Shown: one piece after another, positions 29,053-37,695 of the stretch
Numbering within the stretch: the first letter of the stretch is position 1
Layout of the letters: every line of letters starts with the position of its first letter
Source: Candidatus Omnitrophota bacterium
GTDB taxonomy: Bacteria; Omnitrophota; Gorgyraeia; Zapsychrales; Fredricksoniimonadaceae
Assembly (NCBI GenBank): GCA_044225175.1
Contig: JBGAJA010000001.1
Location: 6,994-70,993 of the forward strand
Length of the DNA: 64,000 nt
Direction of reading: 5' to 3'
Made by a program: the position numbers and the translations under genes
The notes under the pieces: generated by a model
Seen by the model: only the letters and a program-made list of their open reading frames with translations
Told to the model about the DNA's origin: nothing
The model's database searches: none

Positions 29053-30817
29053 ATTCTTCACTTTAAGTCTTTTCGTTTTGTTGGGTTCTTTAAATATTTC
29101 TTCTGCAGAAGATGTCAGTTTTGAAGCTACGGTGAATGCAAATCAAATTTCATTACCAGAGGCTCTAGAGCTTACATTAACGGTCCATGGAGCCAAAAAT
29201 ATTCCTCCTATTTCGATTCCCACCATCGACGGATTTCAAGTGCGTTATGTCGGCCCGTCAACCAGATTCTTAATTGTTAATGGAGTCTCTTCCAGTGAGC
29301 ATTCATTTGTTTATAATCTTTTTCCTTCTAAGACAGGTCGTTTTCAAATCCCTTCTCTATCTTTATTTATTGATCAAAAAACATATTCAACGAATCCCAT
29401 CGATATTGAAGTGATAGATACTCCAACTTCATCTGCGAGTACTGCTGATTCACCAGCAAAAGTAGGGGGAAGTATAGAGGACAAGGTTTTTTTAAAAGTA
29501 TCCATTGCTCCTAAAGAAGTTTATGTGGGAGAAAGGACTCCGCTTTCGATGAAGGTTTATGTGAAAGATTTTGGTCTTCAATTATCTTCTGCTCCTGGAG
29601 TTAAGGCAGATGGCTTTCTGACAGATTCAACTGCAAATATGCAAAAAAGCAGTGAGAACATCAATGGAATAGTTTATGAAACGCTCACATTTGATACTAA
29701 TATTTATCCAACCCAACCAGGTCCGTTAAAAATAGGACCATTTCAAGCTGTTGGACAACTTGTTTATCAGGTAAAGACAGGTAATGATATTTTTTCTGAT
29801 TTCTTTGGGAGGCAAGAAGCAAGACCTATTGCATTGCGAGCTGATCCTCTTACTATTGATGTCAAAGCCTTGCCAGAGGATGGAAAGCCTTCAGATTTTT
29901 CTGGTGCCATTGGACAATATGATTTTAAGGCAAGTGTAGGGCCCTTAGCCGTAAAATTAGGTGATCCTTTAACGCTACGAATGACAGTTTCGGGAAATGG
30001 TCGCTTTAAGAATTTAACCATGCCGGGATTGAATGATTCCCGCTTTAAAACATATGATCCTCAGATCAAAGAAGATGATAATTCTAAGACGGTTGAGCAG
30101 GTAATTATTCCAACCGATCAGAATATCAAGGAAGTGCCTCCTTTAAGTTTTAGTTACTTTGATCCTCAAGAGAAGAAATATAAAACAATCATACAAGGCC
30201 CATTTTCTATTTCTATCACAGCTCCTGCTAAAGGAGAAGAGTTTAAGGCTTATGGTTTTATGGACAAAACTGTTTCAGAAAAAACATCTAACATCAAATC
30301 TGATGGTATTAATAAATTATTTCAATTTTGTAGGGGCTTGATTAATCAAGCCCCTACGTTGGTAAAGAATTGGCGTTTCTGGTTTATCGTTATTGTCAGC
30401 ATAGTTCTTTGGGTAGGGATTAAAATTTGGCAAAGCTTCCAAAGGAGGCTGCAAAATGACCAAGCCTTTGCTAAGAAGTTTAATGCCCCTATGGAGGCTA
30501 AAAAGGGGTTCAAGCAAGCGGGTGAATTATTAACACAAAATAAAAACAAAGAGTTTTATGATGCTATTGATAAGACTCTGCGAAACTATTTAGCGCATAA
30601 AATGCATCAGCCAATTGGTAGTATGACAATCGCAGCTATGGAAGTTAAGCTGTCTCAAGCACATGTGGAAGAGAAATACATAACTGACTTAAAAGAGATT
30701 ATGGAAAGATGTGACCAAATTCGTTTTGCCGGTGTATTGCCCGATCAAAATCTTATGCAAAAAGACCTCCAGAAATTGCAGGGAATAGTGGCCTATTTGG
30801 ATAAGAAACTTAAATAA
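29033..30817 (+). CDS. batD: BatD-like protein (oxygen-tolerance family), secreted or membrane-anchored
   Basis: A signal peptide leads into a large beta-rich ectodomain, then a TM segment (FWFIVIVSIVLWVGIKIW) and a C-terminal cytoplasmic helical region. This is the canonical BatD architecture and its usual operon position. Confidence 0.7.
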   Translation: MWTRIGKFFTLSLFVLLGSLNISSAEDVSFEATVNANQISLPEALELTLTVHGAKNIPPISIPTIDGFQVRYVGPSTRFLIVNGVSSSEHSFVYNLFPSKTGRFQIPSLSLFIDQKTYSTNPIDIEVIDTPTSSASTADSPAKVGGSIEDKVFLKVSIAPKEVYVGERTPLSMKVYVKDFGLQLSSAPGVKADGFLTDSTANMQKSSENINGIVYETLTFDTNIYPTQPGPLKIGPFQAVGQLVYQVKTGNDIFSDFFGRQEARPIALRADPLTIDVKALPEDGKPSDFSGAIGQYDFKASVGPLAVKLGDPLTLRMTVSGNGRFKNLTMPGLNDSRFKTYDPQIKEDDNSKTVEQVIIPTDQNIKEVPPLSFSYFDPQEKKYKTIIQGPFSISITAPAKGEEFKAYGFMDKTVSEKTSNIKSDGINKLFQFCRGLINQAPTLVKNWRFWFIVIVSIVLWVGIKIWQSFQRRLQNDQAFAKKFNAPMEAKKGFKQAGELLTQNKNKEFYDAIDKTLRNYLAHKMHQPIGSMTIAAMEVKLSQAHVEEKYITDLKEIMERCDQIRFAGVLPDQNLMQKDLQKLQGIVAYLDKKLK

Positions 30818-30843
30818 ATAGAGCCGTTTCAAAGTAGCATTTC

Positions 30844-30859
30844 TACTATATATATAGTA
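30844..30859 (+). promoter_or_regulatory. Perfect 16-nt AT palindrome TACTATATATATAGTA 10 nt upstream of the start of the split paralog; candidate -10/operator
   Basis: Seen directly. Confidence 0.35.
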
Positions 30860-30869
30860 AACTCTCCTT

Positions 30870-32852
30870 ATGCCTAGAAATATTGATTTCAAACGAACCT
30901 TCCTCGTGGGGCTTCTCTGTGCTTTTATCTTAAACGTCCTGGGGCCATTGCCATCTAGGGCAGAGGAGTTTTATCTTCCTAAACCTGGGCAAATGGTCCA
31001 TTTAAGCCTTCTTGTGAACCCTCCTTTGCTCAAAGGAATCAAGGTCCATCCAGATAATCCTTTTATGTTCGATTTTATCCTAGATCAAGGGTCACGTTCC
31101 GTCGCTGATGCACATAAATTGAAGGAAGAGTCCAGCCGTCTAATCAAGTACTTTTTGGCCTCTTTAACCACCCCAGAAGCCGACCTATGGGTAAACCTAA
31201 GCCCCTATGAGAAAAACCGCATAGTCCCCGAAAGCTTTGGCCAAACCGAGATGGGCCGCGACCTTTTAGCCCAGGACTACATGCTCAAACAGATCACCGC
31301 CAGTCTGATGTATCCAGAAGAAGAGATTGGCCGTAAGTTTTGGAAGAGAATCTATGAAGAATCCGCCAAAAGGTATGGAACAACCAACATTCCAGTCAAC
31401 ACATTCAACAAGGTATGGATAGTCCCCGAGAAAGCCGTAGTCTATGAGAATGCAAAGGCCGGAACAGCCTATGTAGTGGAATCCAGGCTAAAGGTAATGT
31501 TGGAAGAAGACTACGTAGCCTCCAAAAAGGTGTCAGACACCTTTTTGAAGGGGCGGGTTGATAAAAAGGTGTCAGACACCTTTTTGCACAGTCAGATCAT
31601 ACGGGAGGTTGTTATTCCTGAATTGACTAAGGAGATCAATGAAGGGGCCAATTTTGTGCAGCTTAGGCAGGTTTATAGTTCTTTGATTCTAGCCACTTGG
31701 TACAAGAAGAAGATTAAAGATTCGATTTTGGCGCAGGTGTATGTCGATAAAAATAAAATCGTAGGGGTGGGTTCCAAACCCACCCAAGACCGGGCTGGTT
31801 TAGAACCAGCCCCTACGGATATTGAATTAATTTACCAACAATACCTCCAATCCTTCAAAAAAGGTGTCTATAACTACATCAAGGAAGAATCAGACCCGCT
31901 AACGAAACAACCTGTTCCCAGGAAATATTTCTCAGGAGGAGTTAATTTCTTTGGCGATTTGGCTATGAGTACTATAAACCAATTGCCTAATTCTGTGGGT
32001 CCAAAGAACCTGGCAATTGTGGGGGTACAAGTGCGTCCCGTTGATGAGCGAACGTCAGGGATTAAAAATTGGGATGATGTAGATATAGAGGGTTCCTTGC
32101 GACGTTTATTGAAAGTAGAGGAAAGGGAAGATGAAGGATTAGATCAAAAAATCAAAGAAGTGGCACTATTTATGAGTAAAGCTACTATTGGTAGATCTGC
32201 TGTTATGCGTCAAGTTTTAAATGATTTTGTGGATACGTATGGCATCAAAATGGAATTATTGCCTTCGACAACAAAGAAACAGTTATTGACAATCGTTATA
32301 AAAATAACAGGTCAACAAACGTATGAGGTATGGACAAGGTTTATTCAAGAAATAACACGGAAGTTCGGGATAGACATTCAAGAAATAGAAGAAGGACAGA
32401 AGCAGCAATTATTAACGGCTGGGCTGTATGTGGCATTAGGAAAGAAGAACAAGAAAGAAGGGGTGGTAGTATCGGATCAAGAAGAAGTATTTAATGATTT
32501 TCTAGTTTTTGTTAAGGAAACATTTGGGATTAGTGAGGAGGAACTAAGGTTAAAAGAAACAGAAGGAGGGCTTAAGTTAAGTGAGAAATTTCAAATGATC
32601 GTAGCTGGATATCATGTGTCTTTAGGCAAAGCCGAAGGATTAAATACATTTAAAGAGACAATCAAGACCATCCGAGAAACATTTGGGATTAGTGAGGAGG
32701 AACTAAGGTTAAAAGAAACAGAAGGAGGACTTAAGTTAAGTGAGAAATTCCAAATGATTGTAGCTGGATATCAGGTGTCTTTAGGCAAAGCCGAAGGATT
32801 AAATACATTTAAAGAGACAATCAAGACCATCTCGAGAAACATTTGGGATTAG
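30870..32852 (+). CDS. Giant-protein family member, N-terminal fragment. It has a signal peptide, the conserved family N-domain, and then 53-aa tandem repeats; the reading frame is lost at 32852.
   Basis: The signal peptide is MPRNIDFKRTFLVGLLCAFILNVLGPLPSRAEE. The N-domain is almost identical at protein level to the 48163 and 58422 paralogs (LIKYFLASLT.PE.DLWVNLSPYEKNRIVPESFGQTEMGRDLLAQDYMLKQITASL, PRKYFSGG). It ends with 2.5 in-frame copies of ETFGISEEELRLKETEGGLKLSEKFQMIVAGYHVSLGKAEGLNTFKETIKTIR. Confidence 0.75.
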   Translation: MPRNIDFKRTFLVGLLCAFILNVLGPLPSRAEEFYLPKPGQMVHLSLLVNPPLLKGIKVHPDNPFMFDFILDQGSRSVADAHKLKEESSRLIKYFLASLTTPEADLWVNLSPYEKNRIVPESFGQTEMGRDLLAQDYMLKQITASLMYPEEEIGRKFWKRIYEESAKRYGTTNIPVNTFNKVWIVPEKAVVYENAKAGTAYVVESRLKVMLEEDYVASKKVSDTFLKGRVDKKVSDTFLHSQIIREVVIPELTKEINEGANFVQLRQVYSSLILATWYKKKIKDSILAQVYVDKNKIVGVGSKPTQDRAGLEPAPTDIELIYQQYLQSFKKGVYNYIKEESDPLTKQPVPRKYFSGGVNFFGDLAMSTINQLPNSVGPKNLAIVGVQVRPVDERTSGIKNWDDVDIEGSLRRLLKVEEREDEGLDQKIKEVALFMSKATIGRSAVMRQVLNDFVDTYGIKMELLPSTTKKQLLTIVIKITGQQTYEVWTRFIQEITRKFGIDIQEIEEGQKQQLLTAGLYVALGKKNKKEGVVVSDQEEVFNDFLVFVKETFGISEEELRLKETEGGLKLSEKFQMIVAGYHVSLGKAEGLNTFKETIKTIRETFGISEEELRLKETEGGLKLSEKFQMIVAGYQVSLGKAEGLNTFKETIKTISRNIWD

Positions 32853-34260
32853 TGAGGAGGAACTAAGGTTAAAAAAGAAACAGAAGGAGGACTTAAGAGC
32901 AGTGAGAAATTCCAAATGATTGTAGCTGGATATCATGTGTCTTTAAGCAAAAGCGAAGGAGGAATACATTTAAAGAGACAATCAAGTGAGAAACATTTCC
33001 AAATGAGGAGGAATCGTTAAAAGAAACAGAAGGAGGACTTAAGTTAAGTGAGAAATTCCAAATGATCGTTGTAGCTAGATATGCGGTGTCTTTAGGCAAA
33101 GCTGAAGGATTAAATAAGGATTGAGAAACATTTGGGATTAGTGAGGAGGAATTAAGGTTAAAGAAACAGAAGGAGACTTAAGTTAAGTGAGAAATCCAAA
33201 ATGAGTAGCTGGATATCAGGTGTCTTTAGGCAAAGCCGAAGGATTAAATACATTTTCAAGTGAGGAGGAACTAAGGTTAAAAGAAACAGAAGGAGGACTT
33301 AAGTTAAGTGAGAAATTCCAGATCGGAGCTGGATACTAAGGTTAAAAGCTACAAGGACTTAAGAAATTCCGAAGGATTAATTCCCGAAACAAAGAGACAA
33401 TCAAGATAATTCGAGAAACATTTGGGATTAGTCTAAGGTTAAAAGAAACAGAAGGAGGACTTAAGTTAAGTGAGAAATTCCAAATGATCGTAGCTGGATA
33501 TCCGGTGAGTTTAGGCAAAGCCGAAGGATTAAATACATTTAAAGAGACAATCAAGATAATTCGAGAAACATTTGGGATTAGTGAGGAGGAACTAAGGTTA
33601 AAAGAAACAGAAGGAAACATTTGGGATTAGTGAGGAAGGATTAAATACATTTAAAAAGAGACAATCAAGATATAATTCGAGAAACATTTGGGATTAGGTG
33701 AGGAGGATTAAGGTTAAAAGAAAAGAGGACTTAAGTTATGGAGAAATTCCAAATGATCGTAGCTGGATATCAGTGTGTCTTTAAGGAAAGCCGAAGGATT
33801 AAATACATTTAAAGAGACAATCAAGATAATTCGAGAAACATTTGGGATTAGTGAGGAGGAACTAAGGTTAAAAGAAACAGAAGGAGGACTTAAGTTAAGT
33901 GAGAAATTCCAAATGATCGTAGCTGGATATAGTGTAGCTACAAGGAAAGCCGAAGGATTAAATACATTTAAAGAGACAATCAAGATAATCCGAGAAACAT
34001 TTGGGATAGTGAGGAATACAGGTTAAAAAGAAACAGAAGGAGGATTAAGTTAAGTGAGAAATTCCAAATGATTGAGCTGGATATCATGTGTCTTTAGGCA
34101 TTTGAAGGATTAAATACATTTTAGTCCGAGAAACATTTGGGATTAGTGAGGAGGAATTAAGGTTAAAAGAAACAGAAGGAGGACTTAAGTTAAGTGAGAA
34201 ATTCCAAATGATTGTAGCTGGATATCAGGTGTCTTTAGGCAAAGCCGAAGGATTAAATAT
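32517..34260 (+). repeat. Array of about 11 tandem 159-bp (53-aa) coding repeats. The first ~2.5 copies are in frame; the rest, 32853..34207, are heavily degraded by indels and rearrangements.
   Basis: The unit gaaacatttgggattagtgaggaggaactaaggttaaaagaaacagaaggagg...atcaagaccatccga recurs with period 159. Later copies carry deletions, scrambling and a variant (aagataattcga in place of aagaccatccga). Both flanks belong to one family gene. Confidence 0.85.
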
Positions 34261-35584
34261 ATTTAGGAGTAATTTGCAGGGGCAGGCACAAAAAATAGGG
34301 CCGAGACCTCAACAGCCGCTTGTGATACAAGGTTGGTTAAGCGCTATAGTTCAAGGGGTCAATAATAGTTATATCAAACGATATAGTTTTTCAATTCTTT
34401 CTATAGATCAAGCGATGAGAGTAACTACATCCCCTCTTCTAGAACGATTTGCAGCGCGCGCAATTGAAGAAGCTGATTTAACAGATGAGCATGTCGTTGA
34501 TGTGGTAGGAGGGAGATTTAACGAAGGATATGAATTCCCCAATGGTTTTCGACCAGGAAGAGTTTCGTTAGGTATGGGCCATGGATTGTCTACTGATCGA
34601 ATGATAGAAAGATGGCATGGTGCGGGAAGAGATAAGGTTGTATTTGAACGTCGAAATAGGCTCGGAAGAGTTAAGTCTCAAGTTCTTTGGGTAAAAATGA
34701 AATCGGCAGAGGAAGAAATTGCAGAATGGGAGAATAAAGGAGACCTTGATTTAGCAAGATTTTGGCTTGGTGAAATTAGGAGGCACGTCGTTAAAGATTC
34801 AAATGAAGGTTTTCAGTTAGCTACTGGCAGATTTGGAGAAAATCTTGAATTTTATGATGGTTTTAAACCTGGTCGTGTTGCAATGGGAGTGGGGCATATT
34901 TTAGATGGAGAAACACTAGCGCTGGAATGGCATGGTACAGGAAAAGATAAGATTATTTTTGAACGTCTAGATGCTGATGGAAAAGTGATTGCAAAAGTAT
35001 TATGGGTTAAGTTAAAGACGAAAAAAGGAGAACCTCCGCAATGGGAAAATAAGGGAGACTTTGAGTTGGCAAGGTTTTGGTTAGGTGAAATTAATCGCAT
35101 AGAGATAACCTCAACAATCGCTACAGAATTATATCAGGGAAGGTTTAATGCGGGATTTAGATTTGATGGGAATGGATATTTGGCTGGACAGGAGTATATG
35201 GGAATTGGTCATGGAGAGCCAGGGGACAGGATTTTTATGGATTGGATAGGAACGAGAAGAAATAGAGTGCAAATTAGTAGGGAACGTCGTTCTGAGGTTA
35301 TTATAACAGCAGAATGGTTTACGATCAGACAGCACAATGCGAAAGATTTGGATGAGTGGAACAGAGATCAAGCTCAAATATCTGAAACAGCAATATTTAC
35401 AAAAGGTGGTATTGATTTGACAGCCGATAAAACACCCTTGCAGATCCAAAATATTGAGGAGGGTATTCATTTTAAATTCGACCCTGCGATGATACAGAAA
35501 TTCCAAAATGCCCGTGGTTTTTACCCCGTGATTGTGAACATTATCCCACTGCAGGATGTAAGAGAATTTTTAGGTGCTTTGTAA
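34208..35584 (+). CDS. Giant-protein family member, C-terminal fragment. It opens with the tail end of the 53-aa repeat, then has three ~100-aa internal repeats and the conserved family C-terminal tail.
   Basis: It begins MIVAGYQVSLGKAEGLN, which is the repeat unit. The three internal repeats are GRFNEGYEFPNGFRPGRVSLGMGHG...VLWVKMK...WENKGDLDLARFWLGEI. The tail GGIDLTADK...GFYPVIVNIIPL lies at 35405..35581. Confidence 0.7.
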   Translation: MIVAGYQVSLGKAEGLNIFRSNLQGQAQKIGPRPQQPLVIQGWLSAIVQGVNNSYIKRYSFSILSIDQAMRVTTSPLLERFAARAIEEADLTDEHVVDVVGGRFNEGYEFPNGFRPGRVSLGMGHGLSTDRMIERWHGAGRDKVVFERRNRLGRVKSQVLWVKMKSAEEEIAEWENKGDLDLARFWLGEIRRHVVKDSNEGFQLATGRFGENLEFYDGFKPGRVAMGVGHILDGETLALEWHGTGKDKIIFERLDADGKVIAKVLWVKLKTKKGEPPQWENKGDFELARFWLGEINRIEITSTIATELYQGRFNAGFRFDGNGYLAGQEYMGIGHGEPGDRIFMDWIGTRRNRVQISRERRSEVIITAEWFTIRQHNAKDLDEWNRDQAQISETAIFTKGGIDLTADKTPLQIQNIEEGIHFKFDPAMIQKFQNARGFYPVIVNIIPLQDVREFLGAL

Positions 35585-36727
35585 TTCTTGTAAGACGATT
35601 TGCGCTGCGCGAAGAGAAGCTCCGGGTTCTCCCAAAGCGGTTTTGACCTTTCGTAGTTCTTCCACGATTTCTTTATTCTTTAGAATATCTTCCACATGAG
35701 TTGCAATATTTTCTGGATTACAGTCATTTTGAATAAGTTCAGGGACAATTTTTTTTCCAGCTACCACATTGACAAGGCCAATGTAGGGGATTTTAATGAC
35801 GTTTTTGGCAATGGCATAGGTAATCCAGGATGTTTTATAAATAATGACCATGGGTTTGCCTAGCAGTCCTGTTTCAAGTGTTGCAGTTCCTGAGGCGACA
35901 ATTGCGGCATCTATAGCATTGATCGCAGCATAAGGGTTTCCTTCAAATATTTTTAAAGGTAATGATGGGGGAATAAGGTTTTCTAAGGAACTTCTTTCAA
36001 TGGTGGATGCTTTTAATAGAAGGAATTGATAATTATTGTTCTTGGAATAAAGTTTTTGAGCTGCTTCAAGCATGGCTGGCAAATGCCTGTCTACTTCTTT
36101 GTGACGAGACCCAGGAAGAAGTCCGATTGTAATGCGTTCTTGGGAGGAGAGTCCAATGGATTGAAGGATATCTACAGGAGATTGCCAGCCAGAGGCTGGT
36201 CCGCCTTTGGCGGAAATTTCATCCACTAAGGGATGGCCGACATAATCGACGTTCATGCCAAACTTGGCATAGAGTTCTTTTTCGAAAGGAAAAAACACCA
36301 ACATACGATCAACAATTTTTTTAATTGTATGAATCCGTCCCTGACGCCAAGCCCAGACTTGAGGGCTAACGTAGTAGATCACCTTGATATGGCGTTTTTT
36401 AAGTTCACTGGCTAATCTTAGATTAAAGCCCGGATAATCAACCAGAACAACAGCATTAGGTTTGATGCGGTCAATTTCTGCAAGAGTATGCTCAAAGACT
36501 TTCTTAATGCGTCCAAGATTCTTAATAACTTCAGAAATACCAATAACTGCAAGAGACGTAATGTGCTCGAATAGCTCTACTCCCGCTTTCTGCATGCAAT
36601 CTCCGCCAACTCCAGAAAATTGAATATCGCTGGACAGGGACTTAAGGGCATTCACTAGTTCAGCTGCGCGCATATCGCCGGAGGCTTCGCCCGCTACTAT
36701 GATAATGTGCTTTTTTTGTGTTCCCAT
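35570..36727 (-). CDS. lpxB: Lipid-A-disaccharide synthase
   Basis: The N-terminus HIIIVAGEASGDMRAAELV is the LpxB signature and the GT-B fold length is 385 aa. The 3' end overlaps the convergent family gene by 15 nt. Confidence 0.9.
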   Translation of the reverse strand: MGTQKKHIIIVAGEASGDMRAAELVNALKSLSSDIQFSGVGGDCMQKAGVELFEHITSLAVIGISEVIKNLGRIKKVFEHTLAEIDRIKPNAVVLVDYPGFNLRLASELKKRHIKVIYYVSPQVWAWRQGRIHTIKKIVDRMLVFFPFEKELYAKFGMNVDYVGHPLVDEISAKGGPASGWQSPVDILQSIGLSSQERITIGLLPGSRHKEVDRHLPAMLEAAQKLYSKNNNYQFLLLKASTIERSSLENLIPPSLPLKIFEGNPYAAINAIDAAIVASGTATLETGLLGKPMVIIYKTSWITYAIAKNVIKIPYIGLVNVVAGKKIVPELIQNDCNPENIATHVEDILKNKEIVEELRKVKTALGEPGASLRAAQIVLQELQST

Positions 36728-37635
36728 ATTTTGTGTGTGATTTCTAAGGCGACTTTAAGAGCTTCTTTGCCCTCAACGCCAGAAACGAGGGGTCTTTGAT
36801 CGTCTCGAATACAATCGAGGAAGTGTTCTAGTTCTTTTTTAAGAGGTTCTTCTTTTTCAATAGGGAGACTTTTTCGGTGAATACCTTTTTCATCCTTTGA
36901 ATAGATAAAGGCTTCTTGTTTGGCGTAGTCTAAAGAGATGTATGCGTTTTTGATAAACATACGAATTTTTCGTGTGACTTCTGGAGAAATACGGCTAGCG
37001 GTGATATTGCAAACGCAGCCGTTGTTAAAGGTGATACGGGCGTTCGCGATATCTTCTTTATCTGTCATGACATTGATTCCAACCGCTTGAATGTCTTTCA
37101 CGCTCGACTGAACCATTCCTAAAATGATATCAATGTCATGGATCATCAAGTCCATGACAACGCCAATGTCCAAAGAGCGATTGGGAAAAAGGTTAAGTCT
37201 ATGGCATTCCACAAATAAAGGATTGGCAGCCAGGGGAGCAACCGCTTGAAAAGCGCTGTTAAAACGTTCCACATGTCCTACTTGAATTTTGAGTTTATTC
37301 TTCTGGGCTGTATCAATTAGGATTTGTGCTTCATCTAAGGTATACGTGATTGGTTTTTCAATAAAGGTGTGGATGTTATGATCTAAAAAGAATTTGGCGA
37401 TTTCAAAATGACTGACGGTTGGTGTGCAAATGCTGACGGCATCAACTTTTCCAACTAAATTACGGTAATCTGTTTCCATGGGAATGTGGTATTGGCGTGA
37501 GAGGGGTTTAAGATGTTCGACGTGGTGGTCACAGATTGCGACCATGTTGACTTTATTTTTAAGGGCATGAAACGTCTTTAAATGACGAGTTCCTAAGAAG
37601 CCACAACCGATGAGTGCTAAATTTATTCTTTGCAT
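36697..37635 (-). CDS. Gfo/Idh/MocA-family NAD(P)-dependent oxidoreductase, translationally coupled upstream of lpxB; candidate GnnA-like UDP-GlcNAc 3-dehydrogenase
   Basis: The Rossmann N-terminus INLALIGCGFLGTRH is followed by EKP (FIEKP), both characteristic of Gfo/Idh/MocA. I preferred the ATG (MQRIN) over the TTG at 37671. The 3' end overlaps the lpxB start by 31 nt. Confidence 0.7.
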   Translation of the reverse strand: MQRINLALIGCGFLGTRHLKTFHALKNKVNMVAICDHHVEHLKPLSRQYHIPMETDYRNLVGKVDAVSICTPTVSHFEIAKFFLDHNIHTFIEKPITYTLDEAQILIDTAQKNKLKIQVGHVERFNSAFQAVAPLAANPLFVECHRLNLFPNRSLDIGVVMDLMIHDIDIILGMVQSSVKDIQAVGINVMTDKEDIANARITFNNGCVCNITASRISPEVTRKIRMFIKNAYISLDYAKQEAFIYSKDEKGIHRKSLPIEKEEPLKKELEHFLDCIRDDQRPLVSGVEGKEALKVALEITHKIWEHKKSTLS

Positions 37636-37695
37636 GAAAAGGATAGTAACAAAGCCCTCGACAAAAGTCAAACCCCATAGTATTATCTGCGCTTA

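Noticed and set aside
31100-31500. A locally elevated GC content in the N-domain of the 30870 paralog, considered as a horizontal-transfer signal
   Set aside because: The paralogs at 48163 and 58422 encode the same protein domain at lower GC. The difference is mainly synonymous third-position drift, and no mobile-element hallmarks flank the gene.
32893-34026. Short ORFs inside the degraded repeat region, for example 33775..34026 (+), 33342..33620 (-), 33714..33983 (-) and 32893..33099 (-)
   Set aside because: These are frame fragments of the decayed 53-aa repeat (or its antisense), not separate genes.
32517-34260. A possible CRISPR array, suggested by the regularly spaced repeats
   Set aside because: The period is 159 bp with no unique spacers. 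The units are protein-coding (53-aa repeat) and contiguous with the family gene on both sides. No cas genes are present.
37636-37671. A longer N-terminus for the Gfo/Idh/MocA gene starting at 37671
   Set aside because: That start is a TTG with no RBS. The downstream ATG (MQRINLALIGCGF...) places the Rossmann motif at the expected distance from the N-terminus.
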